A DNA stretch of 60,116 nt, counting the filler. It is 4 parts of 4 records of this genome, joined end to end, with 100 filler letters (N's around TTAATTAATTAA, not from the genome) between each part and the next. Parts side by side here need not be neighbours in the genome. Positions count along the whole stretch, not along the records: positions 52,424 to 60,116 come from SRR31156797_13156; 3 more parts are not named here. One strand, written 5' to 3'. Of this stretch, positions 55,982 to 60,116 are shown in pieces. A program made the translations under genes and the position numbers. Positions within the stretch are counted from its first letter, which is position 1, and each line of letters begins with the position of its first letter. The notes beneath the pieces are model-generated. The model was not told the DNA's origin and searched no databases. It saw only the letters and a list, made by a program, of their open reading frames with translations.

Positions 55982-58900
55982 ATGGTGCAGGGCCGGAAAA
56001 GTGCGGGACATCCCGTGGATGTGGCATCGGGAGAGCTTTATTCCACACATGAAGATATTTCCATCCCCGGAAAGGTGGCGCTAACCTGGGAACGCCGGTA
56101 CAGCACCTCCCTTTTAAACAGCCAGCCTACACCTCTGGGGCCGGGATGGACCACCCGGTACTTTGCTACCCTGACCCAAAATGAAATCGGGTTTATTTTT
56201 GTATCGCCTGAAGGGGGCACTCAGGAATTTGCAGATCCTGAACATACCATTGATCAGGGCGGCATTGTCCGCAATCTCGGCACGTTTCAGGAATTGAGTA
56301 AAAGAGGCAGTCAGTACATCATCACACAATGGGATGTGGATACAGGCGAAATCGAGCGCTTTGTTTTCAACCAGGGGCAAAAAGGGGCGGTATGGCCTTT
56401 GGCCTGCATTGAGGATGTCACCGGCCAGGGTCTGGATCTTTTTTGGGATGAAGCAGGGCGGTTGAGCCGCATCAAACAGCGTCTTGAACAACGTTCCCTT
56501 GTGGTTGATTATACCCCGGAAAATCAGATCAGCGCTGTGTCCTTTCTTTCTCCGGAGCATCAACGTCAGATTTTGATACGATATGAATATGACGGGCAAG
56601 GCCGGTTGATTGCCGCAGTTGATGCCCTGAATCATACGGATCAGTACGAATACGACAAGAACGCCGGGATGACCCGGGAGTTTTTGAAAGGCGGCGGTGT
56701 TTTTGATTTTAAGTTTGATGATCAGGGGCGCTGTATACGGACTTCAGGTATTGACGGGTATGATGAAAAAAATTTCCGGTATCTGGATCATATCGGATGG
56801 ACTGAGGTTACCGACAGCCATGGGGAGATAAGGCGATACCAGTGGAATCCAAACGGGCAGATCATCACTGAAATTGATCCCCTTGGCGAGACGACCAAAA
56901 CAGCCTATGACGAGTTTGACCGCATTATCGAAAAAATCGATGCCAACGGCCATGCAACACGGTACGAATATGATGAACAGGGTAACTATGCCAAGATCAC
57001 GGATGCTTTGGGACAGACAGCATTATTTACCTATAATCAGACCCATCAATCCGTCAGTTATACAAATAATGCGGGCCATTGCTGGTACCGGTTCTACGAT
57101 TTCAGAAATTATCTAATCGGTACGAAAAATCCTGAAGGAAACAGCTATCGTCTGGCTTATGACGCGAAGGGCAACCTGACGGAAATTACTGATCCCCTGG
57201 GCAACCATTTGAGGCTGACCTATTCGGAATTCGAGGTACTGGAATCGACTACGGACTGGGAGGGCCACATTACCCGATACCAGACCGATGCTTTGGGAAG
57301 AGTGACTGAGACCATTGATGCCCTGGGACATCCGACCCGGTTTCAATATGATGTTTTGGATAACCTGGTCCGGATTGAGTACCCAGACAAAACCCATGAA
57401 ACATACCGTTACGACCCGGCTAAACGGCTGACCCAGATTCTTGACCGGAATGGTCGCGTTACCCGTTTTGCTTTCGGTTCCTGCGGCCGGCTCATGGAGC
57501 GGGTTGATCCCCAGGGACTAACCACTCGGTTTGGGTGGGGCAATGAACCGGACCTGTTAAGGACCGTCACCAATGCCAAGGGAGAGGTCTATCTTTTTGA
57601 GTATAACGCGACCGGCCTAGTCACGCGTGAGATCGGTTTTGACAGACGGGAATTGACCTTCGAGTACGATCCAGCCGGAAACCGTGTTGCCATGGTCAAC
57701 GGGATGGGGGAACGGATTGTTTACCAGAGGGATGCGCTGGGGCGGCTTACGGGCCAGCAATTACCTGACGGTGGTGAAGCAGAATTTAAATATAATTCGG
57801 CCGGATTGCTTGTACAAGCCTGCAATGCCGACAGTGAGATTTCGTTTGAACGGGATCGTATCGGACGCATCGTACATGAAATCCAGAACGGTCATGTGAT
57901 CGAACGTTCCTTTGACGCAGTGGGCGATTTGCTGCAACTCCGGTCGGCGTCCGGATTCCAGATTGATTATCGATTTGATGCCAATTCCCGGTTAAGTCAA
58001 TTTACTGTGAATGGCCATGAAGAAACCGTGCTGGAACGTGATGCCCTTGGTTCTGAAATCCAGCGGACACTCCCGGGCCGGATAGCGTTAAACCAGCAGT
58101 TTGATGACATGGGCCGCCTTATTGAACAGGCGCTTTTTTCTCCATCATCCTTTGACACCCCGAAAGCATTAATTCAACGAAATTATGCCTATGAAAAAGC
58201 ACAGCTTGTTGGGATCAATGACCAGCACTGGGGGAAAACAAAATACGTATATGACCCTTCTGAACGGTTGATTCAAGCCCTGCGGGAAAACGGAGCCAGT
58301 GAAACTTTTCAATTTGATGAGAATGATAATATTACCGTCATTGAACAGGGAGATAGAAACGCAAACCTGTTCTATGGGCCGGGTGACCGTCTATTGTCCA
58401 AAGATAATACCTCGTTTGATTATGATGGCCAAGGGCGTCTGATTAAAAAAAGGGAAATTCTGGAAAACGGGGATGCAAATGAATGGCAGTATGAATGGGA
58501 TGCCCTGGATCAGTTACACTCTGTTACCAACCCAGATGGAGAAATATGGCAGTATACCTATGATCCGTTTGGACGCCGGATTGAAAAGAAGTCTCCGGAA
58601 GGACATCGGTTCGGGTTTGTCTGGGATGAAGATGTCGTTCTTCACGAGTTCAGGGATGACGCTGTTTCTGCAAGCTGGGTGTTTGATCCGCATAGCTTCA
58701 GGCCTTTGTGTAAGCTGGAAAGTGCTCAGTTATATTCGGTTATCACTGACCATCTGGGAACTCCCAAAGAGATGGTGGACCGCTACGGACGTATTGCCTG
58801 GCGGGCGGATTATTATGCCTGGGGAGAGGTGAAAGAACAGTCTAAAGGAGAGATAGATTGCCCTGTTAGATTCCCCGGTCAATGGTTGGATATCGAAAGT

Positions 58901-59428
58901 GGACTTTATTACAATCGTTTTAGGTATTATGAGCCTAACTCTGCAAGATACATAAGTCCTGATCCAATAAAACTAATGGGAGGAATGAATATCTATGGGT
59001 ATACATATGCTCCGACTATTTTTTCAGATCCATTAGGTTTAGTGATCAATACAACCGCAGATCGAACTCACATTACATATCGTGGAACGAAAGGGGGAAG
59101 ACCATACATCGGATATGCGAGTGCTCCGGGGAATTTAACCGGTCAGCAAGTATTATCAAGAAGGTATAGTAGTGGTTTTTCGGCTGAAGGTTTGGATGGG
59201 ACCCCAACAATTAAATATAGAGGACATGGGGAGAGTTTACAAGATAGTCGAGCCGTAAAAGCAACAGCAAGAGGGCTAGAACAAAGGCACTTTGAAGATG
59301 CTGGAGGGCTTAAAGGTACGGCAAACCGGCAAAATCCGGTTGGAGAGAGGAATTCTAATAGACAAACATATCTAGATGCTGCGGACGAACATTTAAAAGA
59401 ACAAAAAAGAAAGTCGGAAAGTTGTTAA
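55982..59428 (+). CDS. Rhs toxin: DUF6531 + YD repeats + Rhs core + GIY-YIG/URI-fold nuclease C-terminal domain
   Basis: GHPVDVASGE, LGPGW, YD repeats, TDHLGTP, RFPGQW...GLYYNRFRYY, PTIFSDPLGL; CT from 59042. Confidence 0.95.
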   Translation: MVQGRKSAGHPVDVASGELYSTHEDISIPGKVALTWERRYSTSLLNSQPTPLGPGWTTRYFATLTQNEIGFIFVSPEGGTQEFADPEHTIDQGGIVRNLGTFQELSKRGSQYIITQWDVDTGEIERFVFNQGQKGAVWPLACIEDVTGQGLDLFWDEAGRLSRIKQRLEQRSLVVDYTPENQISAVSFLSPEHQRQILIRYEYDGQGRLIAAVDALNHTDQYEYDKNAGMTREFLKGGGVFDFKFDDQGRCIRTSGIDGYDEKNFRYLDHIGWTEVTDSHGEIRRYQWNPNGQIITEIDPLGETTKTAYDEFDRIIEKIDANGHATRYEYDEQGNYAKITDALGQTALFTYNQTHQSVSYTNNAGHCWYRFYDFRNYLIGTKNPEGNSYRLAYDAKGNLTEITDPLGNHLRLTYSEFEVLESTTDWEGHITRYQTDALGRVTETIDALGHPTRFQYDVLDNLVRIEYPDKTHETYRYDPAKRLTQILDRNGRVTRFAFGSCGRLMERVDPQGLTTRFGWGNEPDLLRTVTNAKGEVYLFEYNATGLVTREIGFDRRELTFEYDPAGNRVAMVNGMGERIVYQRDALGRLTGQQLPDGGEAEFKYNSAGLLVQACNADSEISFERDRIGRIVHEIQNGHVIERSFDAVGDLLQLRSASGFQIDYRFDANSRLSQFTVNGHEETVLERDALGSEIQRTLPGRIALNQQFDDMGRLIEQALFSPSSFDTPKALIQRNYAYEKAQLVGINDQHWGKTKYVYDPSERLIQALRENGASETFQFDENDNITVIEQGDRNANLFYGPGDRLLSKDNTSFDYDGQGRLIKKREILENGDANEWQYEWDALDQLHSVTNPDGEIWQYTYDPFGRRIEKKSPEGHRFGFVWDEDVVLHEFRDDAVSASWVFDPHSFRPLCKLESAQLYSVITDHLGTPKEMVDRYGRIAWRADYYAWGEVKEQSKGEIDCPVRFPGQWLDIESGLYYNRFRYYEPNSARYISPDPIKLMGGMNIYGYTYAPTIFSDPLGLVINTTADRTHITYRGTKGGRPYIGYASAPGNLTGQQVLSRRYSSGFSAEGLDGTPTIKYRGHGESLQDSRAVKATARGLEQRHFEDAGGLKGTANRQNPVGERNSNRQTYLDAADEHLKEQKRKSESC

Positions 59429-59455
59429 GTATAGATAATTATTATAAGGAGATAT

Positions 59456-59992
59456 ATGCTTAAAAGAATTATATGGAAAGAGGGTGCGCAACTGACGTTT
59501 AAGCTTAGTGATAATCTGTATACTTTAGGACAAATGTTAAAAGATCCTTATATATGTTTTTATAAGCTGTCGAGCAGTAAACCGGAAGTTGAACTTGAAA
59601 AAGAAAATCCTCTTTTTATAATACCTGTTGCTAGAGATTTTTTACAAAAAAGAACAATAAAAAAAAATAACAAACCTAACACGGGAAAAAACGTAGATCT
59701 CCCAAGGATCTGGATACGTCCTAAAGACAACAATAAAGGAGGGTTCCCTTGGCTGGGTGGCGATTTAGTTGAGATTGATCCTGAATTGGGAGATTTAGGG
59801 ATGGATAATAAAGTTTTGATATATGATCTTGATAAAGATGCTCCAGAATTGGAAAAATATGAATTGACGAATATATGGACTGATCATGCATTGGTTTCTC
59901 GTCTACAATTATCTTTGAAAGAAAAGAAAAATATAGATCCATTAAAAGAAATGATTTTTTTTGGAAAGGACAAATACGGAATTTTTAGTTAA
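59456..59992 (+). CDS. Cognate immunity protein (Imm26-like)
   Basis: Immediately downstream of the toxin, AT-rich, RBS AGGAG; N-terminus WKEGAQLTFKLSDNLYTLGQM resembles Imm26. Confidence 0.7.
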   Translation: MLKRIIWKEGAQLTFKLSDNLYTLGQMLKDPYICFYKLSSSKPEVELEKENPLFIIPVARDFLQKRTIKKNNKPNTGKNVDLPRIWIRPKDNNKGGFPWLGGDLVEIDPELGDLGMDNKVLIYDLDKDAPELEKYELTNIWTDHALVSRLQLSLKEKKNIDPLKEMIFFGKDKYGIFS

Positions 59993-60116
59993 AAGAGGAG
60001 AAAAGCCTCAGTTTATAAATTCAGAATTCACGACGCTACATTTATAAACACTTAATGATTTTATTCAATGATCCAGTTTTTGTTAGTTTGCCCAACTTCG
60101 GCGTTGGAAACAATTT

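Overview
The window is four separate assembly fragments joined by artificial 100-nt N/TTAATTAATTAA spacers (14161-14260, 32882-32981, 52324-52423), so adjacency across spacers means nothing. Gene content suggests a Desulfobacterota-like genome (inference). Fragment 1 (1-14160) has a truncated dual-sensor diguanylate cyclase divergent from a partial T6SS operon: an unknown Cys-rich protein, an FHA-less TagH-C protein, tssJ-K-L-M, tagF, tagJ and tssA. Fragment 2 (14261-32881) is most of an extracellular contractile injection system (eCIS) operon: tube, cap, AAA+ ATPase, split tube-initiator and spike, and baseplate genes. It ends in a DUF6519 fibre-position protein whose C-terminus is a clear ribosomal L7/L12 C-terminal-domain homologue, followed by RNase T2, an HI0933 flavoprotein and an ABC-F fragment. 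Fragment 3 (32982-52323) is an exosortase/PEP-CTERM-type exopolysaccharide locus with many tailoring enzymes. Fragment 4 (52424-60116) has tandem DUF2169 adaptors, a stand-alone PAAR-like/TM gene, an Rhs core with a GIY-YIG/URI-fold nuclease tip and an Imm26-like immunity gene. Top leads are the L7/L12-tipped eCIS fibre, the Cys-rich T6SS protein with repeated TxxI/L motifs beside an FHA-less TagH, and the genetically split PAAR/Rhs toxin. All calls come from motif recognition by eye; no database search was run.
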